Numbered from the stretch's first letter, positions 8,398 to 19,590 are shown. The stretch: DNA of 64,000 nucleotides from an uncultured bacterium (GCA_963801165.1 CAWDDT010000001.1:11229-75228); one strand, 5' to 3'. Translations and numbers: made by a program. The notes: generated by a model not told the origin, from the letters alone.

Positions 8398-10017
8398 ATG
8401 CCTGACTTTCATTACGAGCCGATGTTCCAGCTGGGTGCCGACGAGACCGAGTACCGCCCACTCGACGCCGAAGGATTGGTCGACAAGACGGGTGTGGGAG
8501 ACCGGGAGGTCCTGGTGATCGATCCGCGGGCGCTCCGGCTGCTTGCGGCGGAGGCGGTGCGCGACGTGTCGCACCTTTTCCGGGCGAGCCACCTGGCGCA
8601 GCTGCGGGCGATCCTTGACGATCCCGAAGCGTCCGACAATGACCGGTTCGTTGCTCTCGAGATGCTGAAGAACGCCAACGTCGCCTCGGCGATGGTGCTT
8701 CCTTCGTGCCAGGACACCGGTACGGCGATCGTGCACGGCCACAAGGGTGAGAACGTGTACACGGGTGCCGACGATGCCGAGTGGCTGTCGCACGGCGTAT
8801 TCGACACCTACACGGGCACCAACCTGCGCTATTCGCAGATGGCGCCGCTGTCGATGTTCGAGGAGCGCAACACGGGATCGAACCTGCCTGCACAGATCGA
8901 GATCGAGTCGGTGCCCGGCGACGAGTACGAATTTCAGTTCGTCACCAAGGGCGGGGGATCGGCCAACAAGACGTTCCTGTTCCAGAAGACCAAAGCGGTA
9001 CTCAACCCGGAGGCGCTGACCGCGTTCGTCGACGAGGCGATCCGCTCGCTCGGTACGGCGGCGTGCCCTCCCTACCACCTGGCCTTCGTCGTCGGGGGGA
9101 CTTCGGCGGAGCTGACGTTGAAGACGGTGAAGCTGGCCAGCACGAAGTACTACGACACGCTGCCCACGACCGGCAACGAGCACGGCCGGGCCTTTCGTGA
9201 TCTCGAATGGGAGGAGCGGATCCACGAGTTGACCCGGCTGACCGGAATCGGCGCCCAATTCGGCGGCAAGTACTTCTGCCACGACGTCCGGGTGATCAGA
9301 CTCCCACGCCACGGCGCTTCGTGTCCGGTCGGTATCGGCGTCTCCTGCTCTGCCGACCGTCAGATCAAGGCCAAGATCACCCGCCAGGGGGTCTTCCTCG
9401 AAGCTCTCGAGCGCGACCCCGCCCGTTTCCTGCCCGATCCCGACGCCGTTGCCGAGCCGACGCCGGCCGTGCGGGTCGATCTCAACCAGCCCATGAGCGG
9501 CATCCGGGCCGAGCTGACCAAGCACCCGGTCGGGACCCGGCTGGCGCTGACCGGCACGATCGTCGTCGCCCGCGACATCGCCCACGCCAAGATCGCCGAG
9601 CGTCTCGACGCCGGTGAGGGCATGCCGCAGTACCTGCAAGACCACATCGTCTACTACGCCGGACCGGCCAAGACCCCCGAAGGCTACGCATCGGGGTCGT
9701 TCGGGCCGACGACCGCGGGGCGGATGGATCCGTACGTCGATCGGTTCCAGAGCGAGGGAGGCAGCCTCGTGATGCTGGCGAAGGGCAACCGCTCCAAACA
9801 GGTCACCGACGCGTGTGCGGCGCACGGCGGTTTCTACCTAGGGTCCATTGGTGGGCCGGCGGCGATTCTCGCCAAAGAGCGCATACGCTCCGTCGAGGTC
9901 CTCGAGTACCCCGAGCTGGGGATGGAGGCCGTGTGGCGCATCGAGGTCGAGGACTTCCCGGCATTCATCGTTGTCGACGACAAAGGCAACGACTTTTACG
10001 CCAAGTTCATGAAGTAG
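8398..10017 (+). CDS. fumA: Fumarate hydratase class I (Fe-S)
   Basis: [37 protein letters not shown] motifs. Confidence 0.95.
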   Translation: MPDFHYEPMFQLGADETEYRPLDAEGLVDKTGVGDREVLVIDPRALRLLAAEAVRDVSHLFRASHLAQLRAILDDPEASDNDRFVALEMLKNANVASAMVLPSCQDTGTAIVHGHKGENVYTGADDAEWLSHGVFDTYTGTNLRYSQMAPLSMFEERNTGSNLPAQIEIESVPGDEYEFQFVTKGGGSANKTFLFQKTKAVLNPEALTAFVDEAIRSLGTAACPPYHLAFVVGGTSAELTLKTVKLASTKYYDTLPTTGNEHGRAFRDLEWEERIHELTRLTGIGAQFGGKYFCHDVRVIRLPRHGASCPVGIGVSCSADRQIKAKITRQGVFLEALERDPARFLPDPDAVAEPTPAVRVDLNQPMSGIRAELTKHPVGTRLALTGTIVVARDIAHAKIAERLDAGEGMPQYLQDHIVYYAGPAKTPEGYASGSFGPTTAGRMDPYVDRFQSEGGSLVMLAKGNRSKQVTDACAAHGGFYLGSIGGPAAILAKERIRSVEVLEYPELGMEAVWRIEVEDFPAFIVVDDKGNDFYAKFMK

Positions 10018-10302
10018 CACCGCCATGCAGGGCGCGCTCAGAGGTCCCGCCGGGCGTCCCACGATTCGCTGACCCGCCGGCCAGTCACTGGGTCGTGCAC
10101 AACGACGATGAGCCGATGGTCGTGGTAGGGGACTTCGACGCTCACGCCGGCCGGACCGTCCGGCACGCGAATGTGGGCGACACCCACGCCGCCGACCAGC
10201 CACATTCCTCCGCCCTCGACGCTGATTCCCGAGGCGCCGCGGGTCTCACCCACATTGGCCAACTGGTCCGCGCCATTTCCAGCTTCCCGGTTCCGGCTTG
10301 CC

Positions 10303-11006
10303 CTAGCGGGTGTGGTGGGGGAGGACGACCTCGGCCGCCACCTGCTCGATGGCCGGGAAGAGAAAGCGGATGACACCAACGGCGAGAGCGTCCCCACCAA
10401 CTCGGCGGTGACAAAGCCGGGCACCGATGAGGGTTGTATGCCGGTGAAGGTATCGGAGAACATCCGGGCGACGGTTACGGCCGGGTTGGCGAAGCTTGTC
10501 GACGAGGTGAAGTAATAGGCGCCTGCTATGTAGCCACCGACGGCGAAGGCGACCACGGGTCCCCGCCCAGCCCGGACCAGGCCGAAGATCACCAGAAGCA
10601 GGCCTAGGGTGGCCACCGCCTCGGCCAGCCACAGGTTGGCGCCCGATCGCGCCGTGGTCGACCAGGCAACGGCGGGCAGGTCGAACATGAGGTTGGCGAC
10701 CACGACGCCCGTGATCCCTCCCGCGACCTGAGCGCCGATGTAGCCGGCGGCCTCTCCGCCCGGCAAGCCGCCGAAGGCGCGATCGGCGAGCGTTACCGCC
10801 GGGTTGAGATGCGCCCCCGACACCCAGCCCAGGGCGAGGATGATCGCGGTGAGTGCACCGGCAGTCGCCAGCGCGTTCTGGAGGAGCTGGAGGCCCGGGT
10901 CGACAGACAGGTTCTCGGCCGTGATGCCGGAACCGACTACGGCGGCGAGGAGGAAGGCGGTTCCGATGAACTCGGCCGCCATCCGTCGGGCAAGGCCCTG
11001 GTTCAC
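10303..11006 (-). pseudogene. MIP/aquaporin-family channel of the arsenic operon with a 1-nt frameshift near the 3' end (real or assembly error)
   Basis: Two NPA motifs (GAHLNPAVT, SFANPAVT). The last TM helix continues in another frame: ..AELVGT / ALAVGVIRFLFPAIEQVAAEVVLPHHTR*. Confidence 0.75.
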
Positions 11007-11653
11007 GTGCGGGCGGGGACGTCGAGCTCAGCCATCAGGATGCGCACCCTGGAGCGGATCTCGTCGCGGACCTCACGCACCACCTCGATTGGCTGGCCCG
11101 CCGGATCGGTGAGCTCCCAATCCTCGTACCGCTTGCCGGGGAACACCGGGCAGGCATCGCCGCACCCCATCGTGATCACCACATCGGCGGCTCGCACAAC
11201 CTCATCGGTCCAGGGACGGGGGAACTCGGAGGCGATGTCGATGCCCACCTCGGCCATGGCGGCCACGGCAGTCTGGTTGACCTCAGACCCGGGCTCGGAT
11301 CCTCCCGAGAACACGTCTACGCTCTCGCCCGCCAGGTGGCGGAGCCACCCGGATGCCATCTGGGAGCGGCCGGCGTTGTGCACGCACAAGAAGAGCACGG
11401 CGGGCTTCTCGACGGTGACGAGACCCTCGACACGGGCCAGAGCGCGCAGCCGGTCGCGGGCAAAGCGCTCGATCAGCATCGGCAGCCAGGTATTCACCCG
11501 GGCCCGACCCTCGAGATCATGCTGAGACTCGCTCATGAACCGCTCGATGGTCTCCACCGAGAACGTGCCGGCAAACTCGCTCTTCAGCCGCTCCGCGGCC
11601 TGCGCCACCATCATTCGTTGCTCAACGGTCATCGCAGATGCCTGCTCGTTCAT
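11003..11653 (-). CDS. arsC: Arsenate reductase (LMW-PTP fold) with N-terminal helical extension
   Basis: LFLCVHNAGRSQMA (CX5R), ITMGCGDACP, WELTDP. Confidence 0.92.
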   Translation of the reverse strand: MNEQASAMTVEQRMMVAQAAERLKSEFAGTFSVETIERFMSESQHDLEGRARVNTWLPMLIERFARDRLRALARVEGLVTVEKPAVLFLCVHNAGRSQMASGWLRHLAGESVDVFSGGSEPGSEVNQTAVAAMAEVGIDIASEFPRPWTDEVVRAADVVITMGCGDACPVFPGKRYEDWELTDPAGQPIEVVREVRDEIRSRVRILMAELDVPART

Positions 11654-12306
11654 TGCTCCGCCTCTCTGTTCAGCGTGCGGATCCGATCACGGATCCTCTT
11701 GAGTGTCATGTCGAAAGTCTCCGCAGTGGGCTCGGCGACCGGGTCGGGGGTAGACCAGTGCCACCAGCGATCGCCGGGCGTGAGCTCCTCGTGGGCTCGA
11801 TCGCAGACCGTGACCACCCACGCCGGCTCGATGCCGATCTCGTCGAGAGACCGGGGGACCGCCGAGCTCAGATCCAGCCCGGAGCGGGATGCAGCCACGA
11901 CCGCGCCCGGGTGTACCCGGTCTGCGGGATGTGTCCCTGCGCTCATCGCCGGTGCCCCTGTCTCCTGCTCCCACACCACGGCCGCCAGCTGCGAACGCGC
12001 CGAGTTGTGGGTACAGACGAACAGGACCGGTCCTTGCGGCAGGGTGGCGCCGACACCAATCTCGCGCAATGACTCGTGACGCAATCGCACGTAGCGACGG
12101 CGTCGGTCACCCGAGGAGGTGACCCGCTCGATGAGCGAGGCCGCCTCGAGCACATCGAGATGATGCGCCAGCAGATTCGAAGGCAAGTGGTGGTGTTGTG
12201 ACAGCTCCTGGGGCGACCGGTCGGATGCGACGAGGTCATCAATGATCGACAGCCGCACCGGATCCCCGAGCGCCGAATGGCGTTTGGCACGTTCAGCTAC
12301 ATCCAT
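11650..12306 (-). CDS. ArsR-family HTH fused to LMW-PTP/ArsC domain
   Basis: ALGDPVRLSI..HHLDVL HTH plus LFVCTHNSARSQ and WSTPDP; TAGGGT-N7-ATG start. Confidence 0.88.
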   Translation of the reverse strand: MDVAERAKRHSALGDPVRLSIIDDLVASDRSPQELSQHHHLPSNLLAHHLDVLEAASLIERVTSSGDRRRRYVRLRHESLREIGVGATLPQGPVLFVCTHNSARSQLAAVVWEQETGAPAMSAGTHPADRVHPGAVVAASRSGLDLSSAVPRSLDEIGIEPAWVVTVCDRAHEELTPGDRWWHWSTPDPVAEPTAETFDMTLKRIRDRIRTLNREAEQ

Positions 12307-12319
12307 GCTCGGGACCCTA

Positions 12320-12357
12320 TCTCTCAAGAAATAATGAGTCAAGAGATTTTGAGAGAA
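12320..12357. promoter_or_regulatory. Inverted repeat upstream of the ars operon (candidate operator)
   Basis: TCTCTCAA...TTGAGAGA flanking an AT-rich core, next to the -10-like TAGGGT. Confidence 0.45.
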
Positions 12358-12456
12358 TTGAATCGGATCCCTGGGCCGGGAGGCCTGAGTTAGTGACAAA
12401 CGGCTCTATCAAGTGCGTGTCGCCGGGTGGATGTTCGCGGTGAAAAGGAGGGCCGA

Positions 12457-12954
12457 ATGTCAACGCCCACAACGGTCAATGAGGAGTTCGGTCACACCTC
12501 CCAAAGAAGGCACCCGGGGAGTGTGCTCGCGCTGCTTGTGTTGCTCGGCCTGCTCGCCGCCGGGGCGATCCAGGGCGGGATCGCTTTGGTCCGTGATCCG
12601 CTGACTCCGCTCGGGATGACCACCGAGTTTCTGGCGAAGGCCCCGATCGACGATTACACCTTGCCGGGCTGGTTCCTGCTCGGTATCGCCGCGGCGTCAC
12701 TTATCACGCTCGCCGGCCTGATGCTCCCCTGGCGCTGGCGCTGGGCTGCGAGAATCGAGCGCGTTGTCGGTCATCGGTGGCCCTGGTTGGGCGCCGTTGC
12801 CACCGGAGGCGTGCTGTTGACGTTCGAGATCATCGAGCTTTTTGTCGTACCGTTCCAGCCGATCATGCATCCATTGCTGATCGCAATCGCACTCGCACTG
12901 GTGGTGCTTCCGCTCACGCCATCAGCTAGCGCACGTCTTCGAATCGATGGCTGA
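12457..12954 (+). CDS. Membrane protein (about 4 TM segments)
   Basis: RBS AAGGAG; four hydrophobic stretches. Confidence 0.75.
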   Translation: MSTPTTVNEEFGHTSQRRHPGSVLALLVLLGLLAAGAIQGGIALVRDPLTPLGMTTEFLAKAPIDDYTLPGWFLLGIAAASLITLAGLMLPWRWRWAARIERVVGHRWPWLGAVATGGVLLTFEIIELFVVPFQPIMHPLLIAIALALVVLPLTPSASARLRIDG

Positions 12955-13083
12955 GCACGAGGAAACGCGGGCGCAACAGCTGAGATTGCGGACAGGTTTC
13001 CTCCGCAGCCAATGACATAATCACACCCATGGAATGGGTTTGTACGCGTGCTGCGGTGGCACGAGACCTGAGATCGGGGCGCA

Positions 13084-13704
13084 ATGCATGACGAGCCGGT
13101 GACCATCGACGCTCCGGTGAGGGTGGTCCCCGCCAACGAGGCGACGTGGGAGGACATCCAGACCGTCTTCGGGGTGCGCGGCTATGCGGCGCGTTGCCAA
13201 TGCCAGTACTTCAAGACGCCCAACAAGGACTTTCGATCGGCCTCCGTGGCGGAACGGGCCTTCCGGCTCCGGCAGCAGACAGATTGCGGATACCCGGACT
13301 CAGACACAACGAGCGGTCTGGTTGGCTATCGGGGAGCGGAGCCGGTTGGCTGGTGCGCCGTCGAGCCGCGGTCCGCCTATCCGCGGTTGAAATACGCACG
13401 GGTCCCATGGTCCGGTCGTGAGGAAGACAAAGATGACGTCTCGGTCTGGGCAGTCACGTGCTTCATGGTGCGGGTCGGGTTCCGTCGCCAGGGCATCAGC
13501 CGCGCCCTGGCTCGGGCCACGGTTGACTTCGCCCGGGAACGAGGTGCCCGGTCGCTCGAGGCGTACCCGATGATCGTCCATCCCGGGGAAGAGCTGACCT
13601 GGGGCGAGCTCTTTGTGGGAAGCCGCAGCATCTTCGGCGATGCGGGTTTCACCGAGGTCACCAAACCGACGGACCGCCGGGTCGTGATGCGGATCGACTT
13701 CTGA
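13084..13704 (+). CDS. GNAT family N-acetyltransferase
   Basis: VGWCAVEPR, VTCFMVRVGFRRQGIS, LEAYP. Confidence 0.88.
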   Translation: MHDEPVTIDAPVRVVPANEATWEDIQTVFGVRGYAARCQCQYFKTPNKDFRSASVAERAFRLRQQTDCGYPDSDTTSGLVGYRGAEPVGWCAVEPRSAYPRLKYARVPWSGREEDKDDVSVWAVTCFMVRVGFRRQGISRALARATVDFARERGARSLEAYPMIVHPGEELTWGELFVGSRSIFGDAGFTEVTKPTDRRVVMRIDF

Positions 13705-13752
13705 TTGGCCGACAACGTGGGCGCCGCCAGGGTGGCACCCACGTACTTTTCG

Positions 13753-14868
13753 CTACTCGCTCGTCGAGAAGCGGTAGATCGTTGTCGTCTTGTATACGTC
13801 ACCCTGCCGGAGCACGGTCGAGGGGAACGTGGGCTGGTTGGGCGAGTCGGGATAGTGCTGTGTTTCGAGCGCTAACCCGTCACCCTGCCGGTACGTGTGC
13901 CCGCTGGTCCCAATGCGCGTGCCGTCGAGGGAGTTCCCGGCGTAGAACTGGATGCCGGGCTCCGTTGTCAGCACAGTGAGCACCCGCCCCGAGGCGGGGT
14001 CCTTCACCTGTGCCGCCATCTCGAGGTGCGTGTACGTATCGTCGTTGCGATCCAGTACCCAGTTGTGGTCATAGCCGTGGCTGAACACCAGCTGCTCGAA
14101 CGAGCCGTCGCGGTTGCGGTCTCCGATGGCTGTGAAGTGCCGGAAATCCATTGGAGTTCGCGCGACCGGATCGATGCTCCCCGTCGGGATCTGTGTTGTG
14201 TCGACAGGCGTGTAGCTGTCGCCGTTGATCTTGAGTAGGTGGTTATCGATCGTCCCGGTGCCTTCGCCGCCGAGATTCCAGTACGCGTGGTTGGTGAGGT
14301 TCACGACCGTCGGCTTGTTGGTCATGGCCTCGTAGTCGATGCGGATGTCGTGGCTGGTCAACGTATAGGTCACCCCGGTGGTCAGCTCGCCGGGATAGCC
14401 CTGGTCACCGTCGGGGCTGACGTAGGCCAGGTGCAGCCCCACCGAATCCCCTGTTTGGAACGGTTCCGCCACCCAGATCTGCTTGTCGAAACCCTTGTCA
14501 CCACCATGCAGGCTGTTTGGGGGATTGTTGATGGGCAACGTGTACACAACTCCGTCGACCGTGAACACGCCGAGTGCGATCCGGTTGGCATACCTTCCGG
14601 CGATGCAACCGAAGTACGGGCTCATGCCGACGTAGTCCTGCAAGTTGTCAAACCCGAGGGCGACGTTGGCAGCATTGCCCCAACGGTCGGGGACCTCGAT
14701 TGTCTGCAAGATCCCTCCATAGGTCAGGATCTGGATCCGCAGATCACCGTTGGTCAGCGTATATCGGTCGACCGTGTGGCCGTCGACGACCCCGAACGGC
14801 TCACTCGCGATGCTCGGTCTCATGTCGGGCCTCCCCGCGTCGGCGCTCACCGCACCCGTCATCACCAC
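13753..14868 (-). CDS. galM: Aldose 1-epimerase (mutarotase)
   Basis: GRYANRI, NSLHGG, NLTNHAYWNL, GYDHN, LETQHYPD; start uncertain. Confidence 0.92.
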   Translation of the reverse strand: MVMTGAVSADAGRPDMRPSIASEPFGVVDGHTVDRYTLTNGDLRIQILTYGGILQTIEVPDRWGNAANVALGFDNLQDYVGMSPYFGCIAGRYANRIALGVFTVDGVVYTLPINNPPNSLHGGDKGFDKQIWVAEPFQTGDSVGLHLAYVSPDGDQGYPGELTTGVTYTLTSHDIRIDYEAMTNKPTVVNLTNHAYWNLGGEGTGTIDNHLLKINGDSYTPVDTTQIPTGSIDPVARTPMDFRHFTAIGDRNRDGSFEQLVFSHGYDHNWVLDRNDDTYTHLEMAAQVKDPASGRVLTVLTTEPGIQFYAGNSLDGTRIGTSGHTYRQGDGLALETQHYPDSPNQPTFPSTVLRQGDVYKTTTIYRFSTSE

Positions 14869-14940
14869 GGCAATGACCGATGCGACGATCAGTACGTGCC
14901 ACAGACTAGATCTACGATCGCTGTGGCCTCGAAAGCGCGG

Positions 14941-16461
14941 CTATCTCTCGAGGTAGCCGTCGCGGATCACCCGGCGCAACGTCTTGCCGGCGACACTGAG
15001 CGGGAACTGCTCCAGCACCACGATCTCGCGGATCTTCTGGAAGCGAGCGTTGACCCGCTCGTTCGCCCAGTCCCGGATCGCCTCCGCCGAGGCCGGCGAG
15101 GCGGGATCGAGCCGCACCGCCGCGACGGGCGCCTCACCCCAGCGATCGTCCGGAACGCCGAACACGGCGACGTCGGTGACTGCGGGGTGTTGGATGACAA
15201 CCTCCTCGATGTCGCGCGGGTACACGTTGACACCGCCGGAAATGATCAGATCCTTCTTGCGGTCGACGAGGAACAGGAAACCGTCGTCGTCGACGTAGCC
15301 CAGGTCGCCGCTGTACAGCCAGCCATCATTGATGGCTTTGGCGGTGAGGTCGGGTCGCTTGTAGTAGCCGGGCATGGTGACCGGTCCCCGGCCGACGATC
15401 TCACCGACCTCACCGGGCGGCAGATCCTTGCCGTCGTTGTCGACGATGCGCATCTCGTAGAGCGGTGGGGGAATCCCGACTGAACCAGGCTTCCTGGGGA
15501 AGTCGTCCCGATCGAGGATGGTGATGAAACCCTCGGTCAGCCCGTACAGCTCGTAGAAACGGTGGGGGAGTCTGCGGTCTAGCTCCTCCTTGTGCTCGAG
15601 ATGCAGCGGGGCGCCGACCGAGCAGATCATTTCGAGATCTGGCAGATAGGTCTCGTGGAAATCGGGCTCGGCGAGCAGGGCGATGATCTGCGACGGCACC
15701 GTCATGATGTGAGTGACCTTCTCCTCCGCCATGAGGTCGATCATCTTGCCGGCGTCGAACGACGGCATCAGCACATAGGTGCAGCCGACATAGAAGGCCG
15801 GCATCAATGTCAGGAAGGCTCCGTTGAAGACGAGCGACCCGGAGTGCAGGATCACGCTCTCGGGCTTGATCCGGTACGAGGCGGTGAAACCCGTGCAATA
15901 GGCCATGCGGATGTAGTGGTCGTGGACGATGCCCTTCGGCTCGCCGGTCGTGCCCGAGCTATAGATGATGTTGTAGGGGTCCTCGTCACGGATCTCGACC
16001 GGAGGCGGCTCGTCCGGCGAGGCAGCCGCCGTCAGGGCGTGATAGTCGCGGTAGCCCGGGGTACCGGGGGCATCGGTGACGATGAACCGATCGTCGGGGA
16101 CATCGAGACGGTCACGCACCGCATCGAAGTGGGCGATCATCTTGCGCATAGTCACCACCGCGGTGGCGTCGGCGTCGTTGACCAGCGTCACCAGCCCGTC
16201 GCCGCGCAACAGCGGGCTCAGGGGGACGACGACCATACCGGTCTTGGCCACAGCCTGGTAGATCTCCAGCAATTCGAGCGAGTTGTCCAACACAACGGCG
16301 ATCTTGTCGTCCTTGCCGAGACCGAGCCCGAGCAACGCGTTTGCCAGTCGGTTCACCCCTGCGTTGAACTCGAGATGGGTGAGCCTCCGGCCCTCGAAAA
16401 TCACTGCCGTGTGGTGGGTGCGGTACCGGGCGTGGCGAGCGGCGAGTGTATTTATTGGCAT
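14941..16461 (-). CDS. Acyl-CoA synthetase (AMP-binding)
   Basis: [32 protein letters not shown]. Confidence 0.92.
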   Translation of the reverse strand: MPINTLAARHARYRTHHTAVIFEGRRLTHLEFNAGVNRLANALLGLGLGKDDKIAVVLDNSLELLEIYQAVAKTGMVVVPLSPLLRGDGLVTLVNDADATAVVTMRKMIAHFDAVRDRLDVPDDRFIVTDAPGTPGYRDYHALTAAASPDEPPPVEIRDEDPYNIIYSSGTTGEPKGIVHDHYIRMAYCTGFTASYRIKPESVILHSGSLVFNGAFLTLMPAFYVGCTYVLMPSFDAGKMIDLMAEEKVTHIMTVPSQIIALLAEPDFHETYLPDLEMICSVGAPLHLEHKEELDRRLPHRFYELYGLTEGFITILDRDDFPRKPGSVGIPPPLYEMRIVDNDGKDLPPGEVGEIVGRGPVTMPGYYKRPDLTAKAINDGWLYSGDLGYVDDDGFLFLVDRKKDLIISGGVNVYPRDIEEVVIQHPAVTDVAVFGVPDDRWGEAPVAAVRLDPASPASAEAIRDWANERVNARFQKIREIVVLEQFPLSVAGKTLRRVIRDGYLER

Positions 16462-16523
16462 CGTCCATTCCTCCTTCAGGTCACCGGTTTGTACGTCTTG
16501 CTCGGGAGTTCCATGATGGGCAG

Positions 16524-17309
16524 ATGCAGGAGACCAGCTTCACAACCGTTCTCACGCAGGCGCAATTCGACGAGTACGCCAGGCTCTCCGGCGACGACAA
16601 CCCGATCCACGTTGACCCCGGTTTTGCAACAGGTACGAGGTTCGGCCGTACGGTCGCACACGGGATGTTCCTGTTCGGGATGTTGCAGGCGGCCCACGCC
16701 CGTTACCGCAGCGGTCCCGTCTCGCCGACCGGTGTGGAGCTCATGTTCCGGGCGCCGACCTACACCGACGATCCCGTTTCGTTCACCATCGCTCCTGTTG
16801 AGCCGGGTCGGTTCGAGGAGACGGTCCGGTCGAGCAACGGGGAGGTGACGGTGAGCGGGTCCTCCCGGTTCGGTGCTCGCAACGACGCACCATCCGATCA
16901 ACCCGTGCTCGAGGAGTCGGCCGGATACAAAGGTCTCGAGGTGGGGATGAGCGCCACAAGGAGCAGGGCGTTCACGATTGACGATGTCGCCGCCTACCTG
17001 CGTCTCGTGGACGACCCCAACCCCCGGTTCTCCGGGCCGGAACCTGAGCTGCCGCCTGCACTGCTGGCCGGAACCGTGTCCTGCATCCTCGGGGTCGATC
17101 TGCCGGGACGGGGAACCAATTGGCTCAAACAGCAATACGCTTTTCACCGCTCTGTGATCGTGCCCGTCGAAGTGACTACCACCGTGACGGTCACCAGGAT
17201 CCGCTCCGACAAAGGGCTTATCAACCTCGAATCGAGCACCACCGGCGCTGGCGGCGTTCTCGTATCCGGCAAGACCCTCGTTCTCGCGGTCGACACGGAT
17301 CCCCGGTAG
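16524..17309 (+). CDS. MaoC-like dehydratase, tandem hotdog domains
   Basis: LSGDDNPIH..VAHGM in domain 1; second domain has DDPNPRF..LPGRGT. Confidence 0.85.
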   Translation: MQETSFTTVLTQAQFDEYARLSGDDNPIHVDPGFATGTRFGRTVAHGMFLFGMLQAAHARYRSGPVSPTGVELMFRAPTYTDDPVSFTIAPVEPGRFEETVRSSNGEVTVSGSSRFGARNDAPSDQPVLEESAGYKGLEVGMSATRSRAFTIDDVAAYLRLVDDPNPRFSGPEPELPPALLAGTVSCILGVDLPGRGTNWLKQQYAFHRSVIVPVEVTTTVTVTRIRSDKGLINLESSTTGAGGVLVSGKTLVLAVDTDPR

Positions 17310-17317
17310 CCGCAACC

Positions 17318-18064
17318 TCATACGGCTTCTCCGAGGAAAGCCGCCATCCCCGCCCGGGCCTCCGCCGTGAGGAACTGCTGGACAAACGCCGATCGCTCAT
17401 CCTCGAGGCGGGCGGCGATCACGTCGACGTCTCGGGAGAGCAGACGCTTGATGCTGGCCGTCGAACCCTGCTTCATCGCCGCGATCTCGCTTGCCAGCGT
17501 GACCGCCCGATCGCGGATTGTCTCTGCGGGCAACACGTCGGAGGCGAGTCCCCAGTCGACTGTTTCCTCAGCCGTGATCGATTCGTTGCGAAGCAGGATC
17601 AGGGCCGTCCGTTTCTCTCCAATCAGGTCGGGAAGGAGGGCGGTCCAGCCGCCGTCCGGAGAGAAACCGACCTCCGAGTACCACGGTGTGATCGTCACCC
17701 CGGGACTCACCAGGACCACGTCGGACGCCAGCAGGAGCCCGAGCGACCCGCCGGTGACGATGCCGTGTACCGCAGTGACGATCGGCTGGGGCAGGCGCAT
17801 CATGGCCAGCATCGCCCGGTTCAACAGGCCCACAACCTCGCGGGCGTACCGTTCGGGTTCGGCCGCATCGAAGAATGCGCGAACATCGCCCCCCGTCGAG
17901 AACGAGCGTCCCTCTGCCGTCAGCACGACGACGCGAGCGTCGTTCCCCACATCGCCGAAGGCCGCCAGTAGGTCTTCGAGCAACTCGGGAACGAGGCTGT
18001 TGTGCCGCTCCGGGCGGCTCAGCGTGACGGTTGCGATATGGCCCGTCGCCGTGGTCTTGATCAA
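17318..18064 (-). CDS. Enoyl-CoA hydratase/isomerase family protein
   Basis: LSRPERHNSL, SFSTGGDV, AVHGIVTGG, PDGG. Confidence 0.9.
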   Translation of the reverse strand: MIKTTATGHIATVTLSRPERHNSLVPELLEDLLAAFGDVGNDARVVVLTAEGRSFSTGGDVRAFFDAAEPERYAREVVGLLNRAMLAMMRLPQPIVTAVHGIVTGGSLGLLLASDVVLVSPGVTITPWYSEVGFSPDGGWTALLPDLIGEKRTALILLRNESITAEETVDWGLASDVLPAETIRDRAVTLASEIAAMKQGSTASIKRLLSRDVDVIAARLEDERSAFVQQFLTAEARAGMAAFLGEAV

Positions 18065-19578
18065 CTCGACGGCCCTGTGACTGGTGCGATGCCCTCACGA
18101 AGCTCACGTTTGAGGACCTTGCCGGCGGCGTTGCGGGGTAGCACGGAGGTCACTGACACGCGCTTGGGGATCTTGTAGCGCGCCAGCTTGCCCTGGCAGA
18201 ATCCGAGCAGCTCGTCCTGGTCGAACCCATCCGGGTCGCGGGGCACGACGACGGCCACCCCGATCTCGCCCCAGCGCTCGTCGGGGACACCGATCACCGC
18301 GACGTCGAGAACGTTCGGGTGATGGAAGAGCACCTGCTCCACCTCGGCCGGGTACACGTTCTCGCCACCCGAGATGAACATGTCCTTCCACCGGTCGACG
18401 ATGTACACGTAACCGTCCGCATCGACGCGGGCGGCATCACCGGTGTGCAGCCATCCGTTCGTGAAGGACGCCTCGTTGGCCTCGGGCCGCTCCCAGTATC
18501 CCGGGGTTACGTTCGGGCCGCTCACCCACAGCTCGCCGATCGCGTCGGTGTCCGCATCGACACCGTCCTCGTCGACGACCCGTATCCGGGTGTGCAAGGT
18601 CGGCTTGCCCACAGACCCCGCCTTGGCGAGGGCGTGGGCCTCGTCGGTGAGGAACACGGTCGGGCTGGTCTCGGTGAGACCCATCCCTTGCCGGATGACA
18701 ACACCTCGGGCGGCGTAGCGCTCGAGAAGCGCCACCGGCATCGGCGCACCGCCACAGGCCCAGGATTGAACCTTGCCGAGGTCGGCTGTCTCCCAGCCAG
18801 GATGTTCGGCGAGGAACTGGTAGATCGCGGGCACGCCGAAGAAGTGCGTAACCTCCCCGCTCTCCAGCCACCACAGCACCCTCCCGGGGTCGAACTCGGC
18901 AAGGTTGATCGAACGAGCGCCGAGATGGAGGCACGGGGTCGTGTACAAGTTCAGCCCACCGGCGTGGAAGGTGGGCAGCACGTTGAGGTTTGTCGATTTC
19001 GACGTGAGACCGACGGCGTGGCCGATGTTGATGGCGTTCCAGAAGAACATCCCGTGAGTGCAGACGGCGCCCTTGGGATGGCCCGTCGTGCCCGAGGTGT
19101 ACAGGATCGCCCACGGGTCGTCGTGGGTTGCGGCGACAGGCCCGACCGCGGTGGGATCGCTGGCCGCCTTGGCCGCCTCGAACTCGTCACCGAGAGCGAG
19201 CCTGATAGGTGTGTCCAACTCGTTCGCAGCTTCGGCGAATTCCGGGGCGTAGATGAGAACCAGGGGACGGCAATCCGAGACGATGAACTGGAGCTCGGGA
19301 ACGGCGAGCCGCCAGTTGAGCGGGACGAGGACGGCGGTTAGCTTGGCGCAGGCGAACAGCGCCTCGAACGTGTCGGTGGTATTGCCGGAGAGAAACGCCA
19401 CCCGGTCGCCCACCCCGACGCCGTTGCGGGCGAGCCAGGCAGCCAGACGTCTGCTCCGGTCCTCGAGATCGACGTAGGTCAGGGTGAGGTCACGCCCGTC
19501 GTCGATCAGAGCGACGGACTCCGGGCTGAGATCCGCATGGTGGCCGATCCAGTCGAAGGCCGGGACCGGTGCTGGCAT
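18061..19578 (-). CDS. Acyl-CoA synthetase (AMP-binding)
   Basis: LYTSGTTGHPKG, GLTET, TGD, GGENVYPAEVE. Confidence 0.92.
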   Translation of the reverse strand: MPAPVPAFDWIGHHADLSPESVALIDDGRDLTLTYVDLEDRSRRLAAWLARNGVGVGDRVAFLSGNTTDTFEALFACAKLTAVLVPLNWRLAVPELQFIVSDCRPLVLIYAPEFAEAANELDTPIRLALGDEFEAAKAASDPTAVGPVAATHDDPWAILYTSGTTGHPKGAVCTHGMFFWNAINIGHAVGLTSKSTNLNVLPTFHAGGLNLYTTPCLHLGARSINLAEFDPGRVLWWLESGEVTHFFGVPAIYQFLAEHPGWETADLGKVQSWACGGAPMPVALLERYAARGVVIRQGMGLTETSPTVFLTDEAHALAKAGSVGKPTLHTRIRVVDEDGVDADTDAIGELWVSGPNVTPGYWERPEANEASFTNGWLHTGDAARVDADGYVYIVDRWKDMFISGGENVYPAEVEQVLFHHPNVLDVAVIGVPDERWGEIGVAVVVPRDPDGFDQDELLGFCQGKLARYKIPKRVSVTSVLPRNAAGKVLKRELREGIAPVTGPSS

Positions 19579-19590
19579 GAGAGCCTCCTA

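Noticed and set aside
10038-10253. Separate small ORF downstream of the frameshifted aquaporin
   Set aside because: No well-spaced RBS or recognisable motif; cannot be supported.
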